Origin: Anaerolineae bacterium
Lineage (GTDB): Bacteria > Chloroflexota > Anaerolineae > Epilineales > Epilineaceae
Reading direction: 5' to 3'
DNA length: 64,000 nt
Assembly: GCA_034432155.1 (NCBI GenBank)
Contig: DAOUCP010000043.1
Coordinates: 4,878 to 68,877, forward strand
Part shown: in pieces, positions 25,601 through 32,683 of the stretch
How the letters are laid out: each line of letters starts with the position of its first letter
Numbering within the stretch: position 1 is the first letter of the stretch
The notes under the pieces: generated by a model
What the model saw: only the letters and a program-made list of their open reading frames with translations
The model's database searches: none
Told to the model about the DNA's origin: nothing
Program-made: the position numbers and the translations under genes

Positions 25601-26209
25601 ACCCATGTCGATGATGGCAATGACAGCACCCTTGCCTGTCAGTCCCAGCTCGTCCTTGACCTGAGTAGCGCCGATGTGCGGCACCGAGCGGTCCAGCTCG
25701 ATCCGGAGCTCCGGGGCCGGCACGACGCTCACCACACCAGGGAGGCGTGCAATCTCACGCTGTTGCTGGGCATTGGCGTGCACCAAGAGGCCATTCAAGG
25801 CGGCCTGATAACGGCTCACGACGATCGCCCCGAGGTTGGTAATGCGGACCTCGGCCTCTGCCTGGCGAGCCTGAATTGCGGCCAGCCAGGAACGGAGCGT
25901 CGGCAAGGCCACAGGACGCTTGGTCGGTGCCGGGGCTGTTGCACCAGCAGCAGCGGCGTATAGATCGTACAGCGGAGGACCTGACAGCAAGACGATGACG
26001 TAGTCGTCGGCAGCGAGACGCTCCGTCTCGGCTTGGGCTGCCAAGGTGGCGTTCCGGGCGTAGGTCGATTGTGATGCGCTGGCATGTTCCGTCCAGCGGC
26101 TCGCCGGCGGAGTGCCAGCGGCGGCGACAACGGCAAGAGCCAGCCAGAAGAGGCCGGCGGTTCCTGCCAGGATCACCCACAGCCGAAGGATCGCTGAACG
26201 GTGGCTCAT
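22631..26209 (-). CDS. Large secreted subtilisin-like serine peptidase (S8) with PA-domain insertion and long C-terminal beta-rich extension
   Basis: Catalytic His (HGSHVAGIAAG) and Ser (GTSMASPHVAGVAALL). PA-like VALVQRGTCTFAEKFASAAAFGARAVVVFSDD. Start at M181 of the track ORF (MSHRSAILRLWVILAGTAGLFWLALAVV signal anchor), with GAAAGGAG 7 nt upstream. Confidence 0.85.
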   Translation of the reverse strand: MSHRSAILRLWVILAGTAGLFWLALAVVAAAGTPPASRWTEHASASQSTYARNATLAAQAETERLAADDYVIVLLSGPPLYDLYAAAAGATAPAPTKRPVALPTLRSWLAAIQARQAEAEVRITNLGAIVVSRYQAALNGLLVHANAQQQREIARLPGVVSVVPAPELRIELDRSVPHIGATQVKDELGLTGKGAVIAIIDMGVDYMHASLGGPGTPEAYAANDPNQIEPGSFPTAKVIGGVDLAGPYYAPNCPAQLPEGARCTTVPEPDDDPLDQIAVNGSAGQGHGSHVAGIAAGAGSMTPGGALGSPVGVAPDAKLVAIKIFGNPIGIANFQPSTRLSYDGLDWLLKHNLGLEVEGVPATDAEGNRLPIHVLNMSVGGAWGGGMELYNQVIGRIVDSGVVAMFSAGNSGDVPYIVSSPGAAEMGLSVANSYASGETGVLFGAAWPGDEISVVAYTSNELLGPTFDHLPPITRVPMAWYGLACPDAEGKPVPPIQDVSGKVALVQRGTCTFAEKFASAAAFGARAVVVFSDDRAPSGMTGTCWPKWPCTDLAGVMISKGDGEKIQAELLAGREVLATFEVYERPELTNNINAGSSRGPGRFSGSVKPQITAPGTNILSVYAGTGFGAMSNSGTSMASPHVAGVAALLWERNQRQQLGLTAADIGALAINYARPVILPETSDPARVVSITRQGAGLVDALASARAGTLLRSDRGLAEIGFGDVFAARQPTSQSRQLTIRNLSDQPKTYALSASFLYPETENQGIVLSCHPPTITVAAKATASVEVQLTADPAALGAWTLPDENRANAMANPGAFAAAEVNGFVVATEVDERGAPVAEGDAPRVPFHTLPHRASCVRAGTAGPIDLRGGPARIAFANPCLQAGGQATYLRIGTDPAEPAYPDKLNITDVGVRWFSSGITDTTHPTVTLDILEFAMRTTGTRRIPYDTQIRVYFDLDLDGKWDKVGWNVRLSGNRWGTLLGTMLPGTLEPNAASAVRSDGSFFTFFEPFDISENVAVLRFMANHPEFGLGLDMDGGKAQFGFGITIWDATGDFEETETYLGYDNAPDNVPAGLERGPHEGAAYLFDQELVDCVRILDESGSPVPGLPELLPLDAGGSAAVTVVGCPNRMDELEKPPLALLVHYPYNLRSESVQVLPFGRIALYLPLAAQNYDFAPAPAEPSATEPAEPGTPTP

Positions 26210-26676
26210 GCGTTGGCTCCTTTCGAGAATAGACGGGCTGCCCGGCGACAGCACAGGAAACAAGGCCAGGCCCCGGGCCGCGACCTGCGGCGGGCCAGGC
26301 CGCCGCGTGCCGGGCAGTATACCGCGCGGCCGGAACCGCGGCAAGGCATCTGGTTGTGGCGGACACGACGAAGTTTCCTGGGGATGTAGCGGATCCATGA
26401 CCTTGTAGCCATCCCAGCGTCTTTGCCACACGGCCGATTCATCGCTGTGCCGCCATCCCGGCATCTCCGTGCCGGGATCGATCCATGGCCGTGCCGCCAT
26501 CGGACCGCCGTGAGCTGGGATCGCGTCCGGCAGTGCATGGGCTGGCGCGTTCGCCGGGCCGTGAGTACCATTGCCCGTGGATCGTCGCGCCGGGCGATCG
26601 ACGCGAAGGAAACGCTGCGCGCCAGACCGCTGCTCGAGCGGCGGCGCGTCGTCGGGCGCATCTAGGAGGCGAGGGC

Positions 26677-26871
26677 ATGGCCATCGAACGACAGCGGGAA
26701 CTGCGGCGGAGACGGTGCCGGCGCTCGAAAGTGCGTGCCCTGCGGGCACGTCTGGCCAAGGCCACCGACAAGGGGGAGCGCCAGCGGCTGCTGGCCAAGC
26801 TGCAGCGCATCAGCCTCGTGCCTGTTGTGGAGGCCAAGGCTGCTCCACGAAGGGGTGCAGCGCGATCGTGA
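26677..26871 (+). CDS. Candidate small basic protein (64 aa; MAIERQRELRRRRCRRSKVRALRARLAKATDKGERQRLLAKLQRI...)
   Basis: A strong SD (GGAGG) sits 7 nt upstream of the ATG. GC3 is high over the first ~45 codons. It lies in the 470-bp divergent intergenic region between the subtilase and GT4. I recognise no homolog. Confidence 0.3.
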   Translation: MAIERQRELRRRRCRRSKVRALRARLAKATDKGERQRLLAKLQRISLVPVVEAKAAPRRGAARS

Positions 26872-26884
26872 GGGCTGGTCGGTA

Positions 26885-28249
26885 GTGCCGGCCGAGTGCC
26901 GATCGCTGTCCCTCGGGGCCCGGCCGGTGCCGCCGGGCGCGAACGCACCGCGGATTGTCTGCTTCGGACCTGGACCGCGCTTCAAGGGCGGCATCGCCCA
27001 GTACAACACTGCCCTGGCGCGAGCGCTGTACGATGCTGGCGCGCGCGTCACCATCGCCAGCTGGAGCCAACCGTACCCGGCGTTCATCCCTCGCGATTTC
27101 GCCGATACCCGGAGTCGGGATCGGTTTCTCGCCGGCTACGACATCCCGGTTCTCTATCTCACCAACTGGAATGCGCCAACCAGTTGGTGGCGCACAGCGC
27201 GCACCATTGCTGCGGGCGAGCCCGACAAGGTGGTGCTGCAATGGTGCAGCCCGCTACAGGGATTGCCGATGGCGGTCATTGCCAGTCGACTGCGGGCAAC
27301 CAGCCGTGCCGAAATCGTGTTCGATGTCCATTTCGTGACCGCCAAGGAGCGGAGTTGGTTGGACGCACCACTCACCCGATTGGCCTTGGAACACGGCCAC
27401 ACCTTCGTGGTGCACAGCTACCAGACAGCCGAGGAGCTCAGAGCCTTGTTGCCGCAGCAGAGCTTTCTCTTGAGCCTTGACGGAACGGTACGCCCGGAGC
27501 GACAACCCGTGCGGGCGCTTGCGGAGCGGGTGATCCTGAAGCTCTATCATCCGATCTACTCGCTCTACCGACCCGATCCGAGCTTCGATCGCCAGGCCTG
27601 GAGGGCGCGACATGGGCTTCGGCGGCACGTATTCCTCTTCTTTGGCTTCATTCGCAAGTACAAGGGTCTGCACTACTGCCTCCAGGCCTTCGCCGAACTC
27701 GTCCGGGAGCGTGACGATGTAAGCCTGCTGGTTGTCGGTGAACCGTTCTGGCGGGCCCAAGACGGCGCCCGCCTGCCCCATCGGCTCCGCTCGGCGTTCT
27801 TCGGAGTGTTGAAGAAGCTGTTCCTGAATCAAGCCGACGATGAGCGTGGCTATGATCCGCTGGCACGCATCGACCAGCTCGGAATCCGGGATCGAGTGCT
27901 GGTGGTCGATCGTTTCGTTGCCAACGAGGAGGTCGCGCCGTACTTCCAAGCTGCCGACGCGGTGTTGCTGTTCTACGAGACAGCCTCACCGAGTGGCGTG
28001 GCCAGCCTCGGCTTCCAGTTCGGGCTCCCGGCGCTGGCCACCCGTCTCGGCCACTTGGCGGAGACGATCGTTGACGGCGAAAACGGCTACTTGGCCGAGC
28101 CGGGCAACGTCGCCGACATGGTGCGGGCCATGAAGCGCGCCATTGAGGAGCCCATCCCGCCGGAGCGCGTGCTAGCGGCTGCCGAGCAGTTCAGTTGGGC
28201 CAACTACGCCCGTGCCATCCTGGCCCCCCGGCCGCTGGCGGCGGTCTGA
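26885..28249 (+). CDS. Glycosyltransferase family 4 (GT-B)
   Basis: N-terminal RIVCFGPGPRFKGGIAQYN. C-terminal EX7E region: LGIRDRVLVVDRFVANEEVAPYFQAADAVLLFYE...ASLGFQFGLPALATRLG. The start is uncertain (GTG ~26885; the track ORF begins at 26735 and overlaps the small ORF). Confidence 0.75.
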   Translation: MPAECRSLSLGARPVPPGANAPRIVCFGPGPRFKGGIAQYNTALARALYDAGARVTIASWSQPYPAFIPRDFADTRSRDRFLAGYDIPVLYLTNWNAPTSWWRTARTIAAGEPDKVVLQWCSPLQGLPMAVIASRLRATSRAEIVFDVHFVTAKERSWLDAPLTRLALEHGHTFVVHSYQTAEELRALLPQQSFLLSLDGTVRPERQPVRALAERVILKLYHPIYSLYRPDPSFDRQAWRARHGLRRHVFLFFGFIRKYKGLHYCLQAFAELVRERDDVSLLVVGEPFWRAQDGARLPHRLRSAFFGVLKKLFLNQADDERGYDPLARIDQLGIRDRVLVVDRFVANEEVAPYFQAADAVLLFYETASPSGVASLGFQFGLPALATRLGHLAETIVDGENGYLAEPGNVADMVRAMKRAIEEPIPPERVLAAAEQFSWANYARAILAPRPLAAV

Positions 28250-28360
28250 AGGGACGCCCAGCGAGCGAGACACAGTGGCGTTCCGATAGGACGCCTGACC
28301 CTCGCGGGAGCGTGGCGTTTCAGAACCACGCCCGGGGCGTGAGACAGCGTGGCCTTCCGC

Positions 28361-29710
28361 CTATGGCGGTGACGCAGTGTCGGACGGTACGCTGGTCGGT
28401 TGCTCCGTGGGCGGGGGCGGAGTGTCGGTCGGTGGAGCGGCCGTCTCGGTAGGAGGCTTGCGCACCTCGATCTCCACCGATCGCTCTTCGACCCGGCCGT
28501 CGACGTGGACGATCTTCAGGGTGTAAGTGCGGGTCTCACTGGGACACACTTCTCGTTCGCCCTTGCCCGTGACGCCCTGGCCATCGAGGTAGACCTCGCG
28601 AATGCCCTGGACTTCCCAAACGAGAGTCGCACAGGTTCCTGCCCGAATGCTGTCATCGGTGGTGGCAAAGTAAATCTTTACCGCGCTCACGGTGGCGGTC
28701 GACGTGGGTGTGGCCGAAGGTGAGGCGATCGGCGGCCGCGCGGAAGCAAGCCGCACCGGCGGTGGTGCCGTCGCAGTCGGGGGGATGAGAACCAGTGCCG
28801 CCGCGGTGAGCGGTCCGTTGCAGACCACCGCGTCAGCTGGCAGCCAGCCATCTTGGGTGGTGGCCAACGGCAGCAGATGCAGCCAGTCCGCGGCTTCGCT
28901 GCGCCCCAACACCTGGACCGGCGTCCCAGCCGCCACATCCTCGACGGAGGCAGCAGCATCCGTCGCTGGCTTCTGGAGCAAGCTGGCGACACGAGCGGTG
29001 CGGCAGCGCAGGGCAACGGTAGCCACGGTGGTGCTGCGATCGCCGGCCGTCAGGCGGTCCAGCCAGGCCTGCACGGCGGTTGGATCCACCGGCTGGGCTT
29101 CGGGGAGCTCACCCGATTCGGTAAGTCCGATGGCCTCCGCCTCGGCCAGTTCCTGACCAGCCTCTCCCGAACGGGCCAGCCGTGCCGAGCCCTGAAGCGT
29201 GACGATCCACAGGCTGGGCTCGACGCCCGGAATGTAGCTAACCAGCAGCCGGGCGCCGCCGGCATCCAGCTCGAGCTCGGCCCAGGCGGTCCGGATGACC
29301 ACCTCGACGGCTGGCGTCACCGAGCGGAGCTCGTAGAGGGTTGTACCGGTGGCCTGGTCGAGCATGATCTGCCGCGAGGGCGGATGACTCTGGCTGAGCA
29401 GCAGATCGGTGTCGGAGAGCAGGTCCACCGTCAGGATGTCGCCCCAGGCCAAACGCGCACGTCCACCGTCGCCAACCAGGACGTTGGCGCCAGGAGTGAG
29501 CGTCATGGCCGTGGTCACGTCGAGTACCATCGGCGACTCGAGCTCGGTGCGACGAAACGAGACAGGTTCAGCGGCCACCGTCAGCTTCGGAGCGCCGAAG
29601 GTGCTCACGTCCGGCGTCGGTGCTGGTGCCGTGGGTGGCGGTGCGGCGCGGCAGCCGGCCAGACAGCCGATGATCAAGGCCAACCCGAGACCCAATCGCC
29701 AGCGTTGCAT
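28361..29710 (-). CDS. Hypothetical lipoprotein (lipobox LAGC), Pro/Thr-rich C-terminal tail
   Basis: MQRWRLGLGLALIIGCLAGC... A 449-aa ORF with no competing frame. Confidence 0.6.
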   Translation of the reverse strand: MQRWRLGLGLALIIGCLAGCRAAPPPTAPAPTPDVSTFGAPKLTVAAEPVSFRRTELESPMVLDVTTAMTLTPGANVLVGDGGRARLAWGDILTVDLLSDTDLLLSQSHPPSRQIMLDQATGTTLYELRSVTPAVEVVIRTAWAELELDAGGARLLVSYIPGVEPSLWIVTLQGSARLARSGEAGQELAEAEAIGLTESGELPEAQPVDPTAVQAWLDRLTAGDRSTTVATVALRCRTARVASLLQKPATDAAASVEDVAAGTPVQVLGRSEAADWLHLLPLATTQDGWLPADAVVCNGPLTAAALVLIPPTATAPPPVRLASARPPIASPSATPTSTATVSAVKIYFATTDDSIRAGTCATLVWEVQGIREVYLDGQGVTGKGEREVCPSETRTYTLKIVHVDGRVEERSVEIEVRKPPTETAAPPTDTPPPPTEQPTSVPSDTASPP

Positions 29711-29757
29711 GTTCTCGTCTCCCTTGCTTGGTTGCCAGGCTCGCGAACTGGCCGTAC

Positions 29758-30378
29758 CTAGGAGGAGCGCTCCATGTCGCTGCGTCCTGCCAAGGCGCGG
29801 GCGAGGGTGCCTTCGTCGGCGTACTCAATGTCGCCGCCGATCGGAAGGCCCCTGGCGAGCCGGGTGATCCGGATCGTTAGCGGCAGATTGCGAATGGCAC
29901 GTTCCAAGTACATCGCCGTGGCGTCACCCTCGAGCGATGGATTCGTAGCCAGGATGATCTCCTGGACCGGCTCACGGCGCAGCCGGCTGAGCAGCTCCTC
30001 GATGCGCAGCTCGGCCGGACCGATGCCATCGACTGGCGATAGCGCGCCATGCAGGACGTGATACAGGCCACGGTACACACCGGCGCGCTCGATGGCCAAG
30101 ACGTCCAGTGGATCTTCCACCACGCAGATCGTAGCAGAATCGCGCGTGGCATCGCTGCAAATGGGGCATGGGCTCGTCTCGGCCACGCTCTGGCAGCGTT
30201 CGCAAGTGCGGATCGCCTGGGTGACGTCGATGAGGGCATGGGCCAGGCCCAGCACCTGCTCGCGACTCGAGCGCAGCATATGGTACGCCAGCCGAGAAGC
30301 GGTCTTGGGCCCGATCCCTGGCAGCCGGGCGAGCTCGTCGATCAGGCGCGCCAGCGAGGTGGGCAGAGCGGCCGACAC
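29758..30378 (-). CDS. recR: Recombination protein RecR
   Basis: HhH LPGIGPKTASRLAYHM, C4 zinc finger CERCQSVAETSPCPIC, Toprim domain. Confidence 0.9.
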   Translation of the reverse strand: MSAALPTSLARLIDELARLPGIGPKTASRLAYHMLRSSREQVLGLAHALIDVTQAIRTCERCQSVAETSPCPICSDATRDSATICVVEDPLDVLAIERAGVYRGLYHVLHGALSPVDGIGPAELRIEELLSRLRREPVQEIILATNPSLEGDATAMYLERAIRNLPLTIRITRLARGLPIGGDIEYADEGTLARALAGRSDMERSS

Positions 30379-30382
30379 GGCT

Positions 30383-30730
30383 TCAGGGACCTAGGGGGGG
30401 CAGTCCAAGGCTGCGGGTCACGGCCCCCATGCGCTGGGCAGCCAACCGCTGCGACTGTTCGATGGCCTGATTGACCGCCGCCAGGATCAGCTCGGCGAGC
30501 GTCTCTGAGCCATCGGCCGTCAGCAGTTCTGGGGCAATCACGACCTCGGTCAGCTTCTGCTGACCTGTCATGACCACCTTGACGGCGCCACCCCCGACGC
30601 TGATGGTCACCGTTTCCGAGGCCAGGGCTTCCTGCTCGGCAACCATGCGCTCCTGGAGCGCCTGGAGGTGACGCATCATTCCAGAGCTGCCAGAGGCACC
30701 TCCAGGCGCGGTGTGTGCACCTTTGGCCAT
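30383..30730 (-). CDS. ybaB: Nucleoid-associated protein YbaB/EbfC
   Basis: MAKGAHTAPGG...MMRHLQALQERMVAEQEALASETVTISVGGGAVKVVMTGQQKLTEVVI. Conserved dnaX-ybaB-recR order. Confidence 0.85.
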   Translation of the reverse strand: MAKGAHTAPGGASGSSGMMRHLQALQERMVAEQEALASETVTISVGGGAVKVVMTGQQKLTEVVIAPELLTADGSETLAELILAAVNQAIEQSQRLAAQRMGAVTRSLGLPPLGP

Positions 30731-30775
30731 TCGTCTCTCCTGGCGTAGTCTACCCGGCACAGCCCCGAGGCCTGC

Positions 30776-32503
30776 CTATGCCTCGGGCGTCTCTCCCTCG
30801 AGTGGCTTCACGCCCGTGACTCGGCCGCCCAGTCGTTCCACGGCATGGCGGACCAAGGGATCCGACTGCGCCTGTTCGACGCGGGAGCGAGGTCGCGCGG
30901 CACGTTCCTCGGGCGTCGGGGCGACAACGGTGCAGCTGACCGCCACTGGACCGCCCAGCAGTTCCGCCAACACCGCCTCCACGCCCCTGCGTCGGCTGGG
31001 CTCAGACACCTGCCGGCAATGATACTCGTAAAAGAAACCGAGGGTCACCGTTCCCGCGGCAACTGCCAGGGGGCGGCAATCACGCAACAGGGCGGCAGTC
31101 TTGGGGTCGTGCTGCCCCACGGCGGCGAGAATCGTCGGCCACCTTGCGGCAAGGGTCTCCACGGCGGCGGCGCCGCCTCGATCGGCCGCCGGTGGGCTGG
31201 AGGGAGTCGCCGCTGCTGGCTCGGGGCCGGCTGTCGCTTCCGGCGCCGCCGGTTGTGTTCTCGCTGGGGGCGGCCGGGGCGCCGCCTTGGCTGCCGCCGA
31301 CGGAGCAACGCCCCTTCCGTGTCCTGCCGAACCAGCGGGCACACTCGCCTCTCGGCGCGTCTGGGGCGCCGCCGTTGCCACGGCAGGCTGCGCCTCGTCG
31401 CCAGCAGTACCTTCCTGCGCCGCAGCGACGAGAGCCAGAACGGTCTCGACTAGGGCCAGCTCCAAGGCCAGCGCCGGCTGCGTCTGGTCGGCGGCGGGCC
31501 GAGCGTCGCTGAACCGGGCAATGGCCGCGGCCAACTCGGCGGTCCCGATCGCTGCCGCGTGGCGGCGCAGTCGTTCCAGGGCTTCTGCGTCGCTGGCGAT
31601 CACATCGTCCTCAGCGCCCACCTTGACCAGGAGCACGAGGCGCAGGTGCTCGAGCAGCATGGACCTGACTTGCCGCGGGTCGGCACCCTGATCCATAGCC
31701 TCGTTCAGTCGCCGAAGGCCGGTGGCGCTGTCCCGCGCCAGCATGGCCTCCACGATGGCCACCACCGCCTCGTGGGCTGGTGTGCCCAGCGAGGCCTGGA
31801 CATCGGCGACGCCCACGCGGTTGCCGCCCGCCAGGAGGTGATCCAGCAGGCTCTCGGCGTCCCGCACCGACCCGGTAGCGTGGCGGGCGATCAACGTCAG
31901 AGCCGCCGGTTCAGCGTCGATTCCCTCGGCAGCGCAGATCCGGGCGAGCTTCTCGGCCAGCGTGGTCGTCGCCACGCGCCGGAAGTCGTAGCGCTGGCAG
32001 CGCGACACGATCGTATCCGGGATCTTGTGCGGCTCCGTCGTCGCCAGGATGAACAGCGCGTGCGCCGGCGGCTCTTCCAGCGTCTTGAGGAGCGCATTGA
32101 AGGCCGCCGTCGAGAGCATGTGGACTTCGTCGATGACGTAGACCTTGTACGTGGCCTCGTTGGGCGCAAAGCCGATCTTCTCGCGCAAGTCCCGGACATC
32201 GTCAACACCGGTATTCGAGGCGGCGTCAATCTCAATCAGATCAAGAGCGCGCCCTTCGCTGATGGACCGGCAGATGGCACATTCGTTGCACGGCTTCTCG
32301 CCAGGGCCGGTGCAGTTCACGGCTTTGGCCAGAATGCGCGCCACCGAGGTCTTCCCGGTGCCACGAGGACCGGCAAAGAGGTAAGCGTGTGCCAGACGAC
32401 CCTGCGCCACCGCGTTTCGCAGCGTCTGGACGATGTGCTCTTGGCCGATGACGTCCTCAAAACGCTGCGGGCGCCAGCGGCGGTACAAGGCCTGGAGTGC
32501 CAT
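30776..32503 (-). CDS. dnaX: DNA polymerase III subunit gamma/tau
   Basis: MALQALYRRWRPQRFEDVIGQEHIVQTLRNAVAQGRLAHAYLFAGPRGTGKTSVARILAKAVNC. Clamp-loader AAA+ with a zinc module (CNECAICRSI). Pro/Ala-rich tau-like C-terminal region. Confidence 0.9.
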   Translation of the reverse strand: MALQALYRRWRPQRFEDVIGQEHIVQTLRNAVAQGRLAHAYLFAGPRGTGKTSVARILAKAVNCTGPGEKPCNECAICRSISEGRALDLIEIDAASNTGVDDVRDLREKIGFAPNEATYKVYVIDEVHMLSTAAFNALLKTLEEPPAHALFILATTEPHKIPDTIVSRCQRYDFRRVATTTLAEKLARICAAEGIDAEPAALTLIARHATGSVRDAESLLDHLLAGGNRVGVADVQASLGTPAHEAVVAIVEAMLARDSATGLRRLNEAMDQGADPRQVRSMLLEHLRLVLLVKVGAEDDVIASDAEALERLRRHAAAIGTAELAAAIARFSDARPAADQTQPALALELALVETVLALVAAAQEGTAGDEAQPAVATAAPQTRREASVPAGSAGHGRGVAPSAAAKAAPRPPPARTQPAAPEATAGPEPAAATPSSPPAADRGGAAAVETLAARWPTILAAVGQHDPKTAALLRDCRPLAVAAGTVTLGFFYEYHCRQVSEPSRRRGVEAVLAELLGGPVAVSCTVVAPTPEERAARPRSRVEQAQSDPLVRHAVERLGGRVTGVKPLEGETPEA

Positions 32504-32536
32504 GCGGCTACCTGGTGGGCCGTCGGTGGGCGAGGT

Positions 32537-32547
32537 GGCCCATTCTA
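32537..32547 (-). promoter_or_regulatory. Candidate dnaX promoter -10 (minus strand GTAGAATGGGC), ~35 nt upstream of ATG
   Basis: The 11-mer is identical to the element immediately upstream of the flippase GTG start (39421-39431). Confidence 0.35.
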
Positions 32548-32683
32548 CTCCGGCACTCCTCGGAACGGAAGTGCTGCCAGCAGCACCATCATCCGGCGGG
32601 GCACATCCCAGGCCCGGCGGCCGAGGGCAAATCAGCGCTGTCGAGCCAGGCCGCGTGCGGCGCGGCGCCTGTCGGGCCCTTGG

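Noticed and set aside
28250-28360. Short repeats/hairpins (GTGGCGTTYC x3; GGCGT-TTCAGAACC-ACGCC) between convergent GT4 and lipoprotein genes
   Set aside because: The stems are short (5 bp) and imperfect. Plausible weak terminators, but too weak to call.
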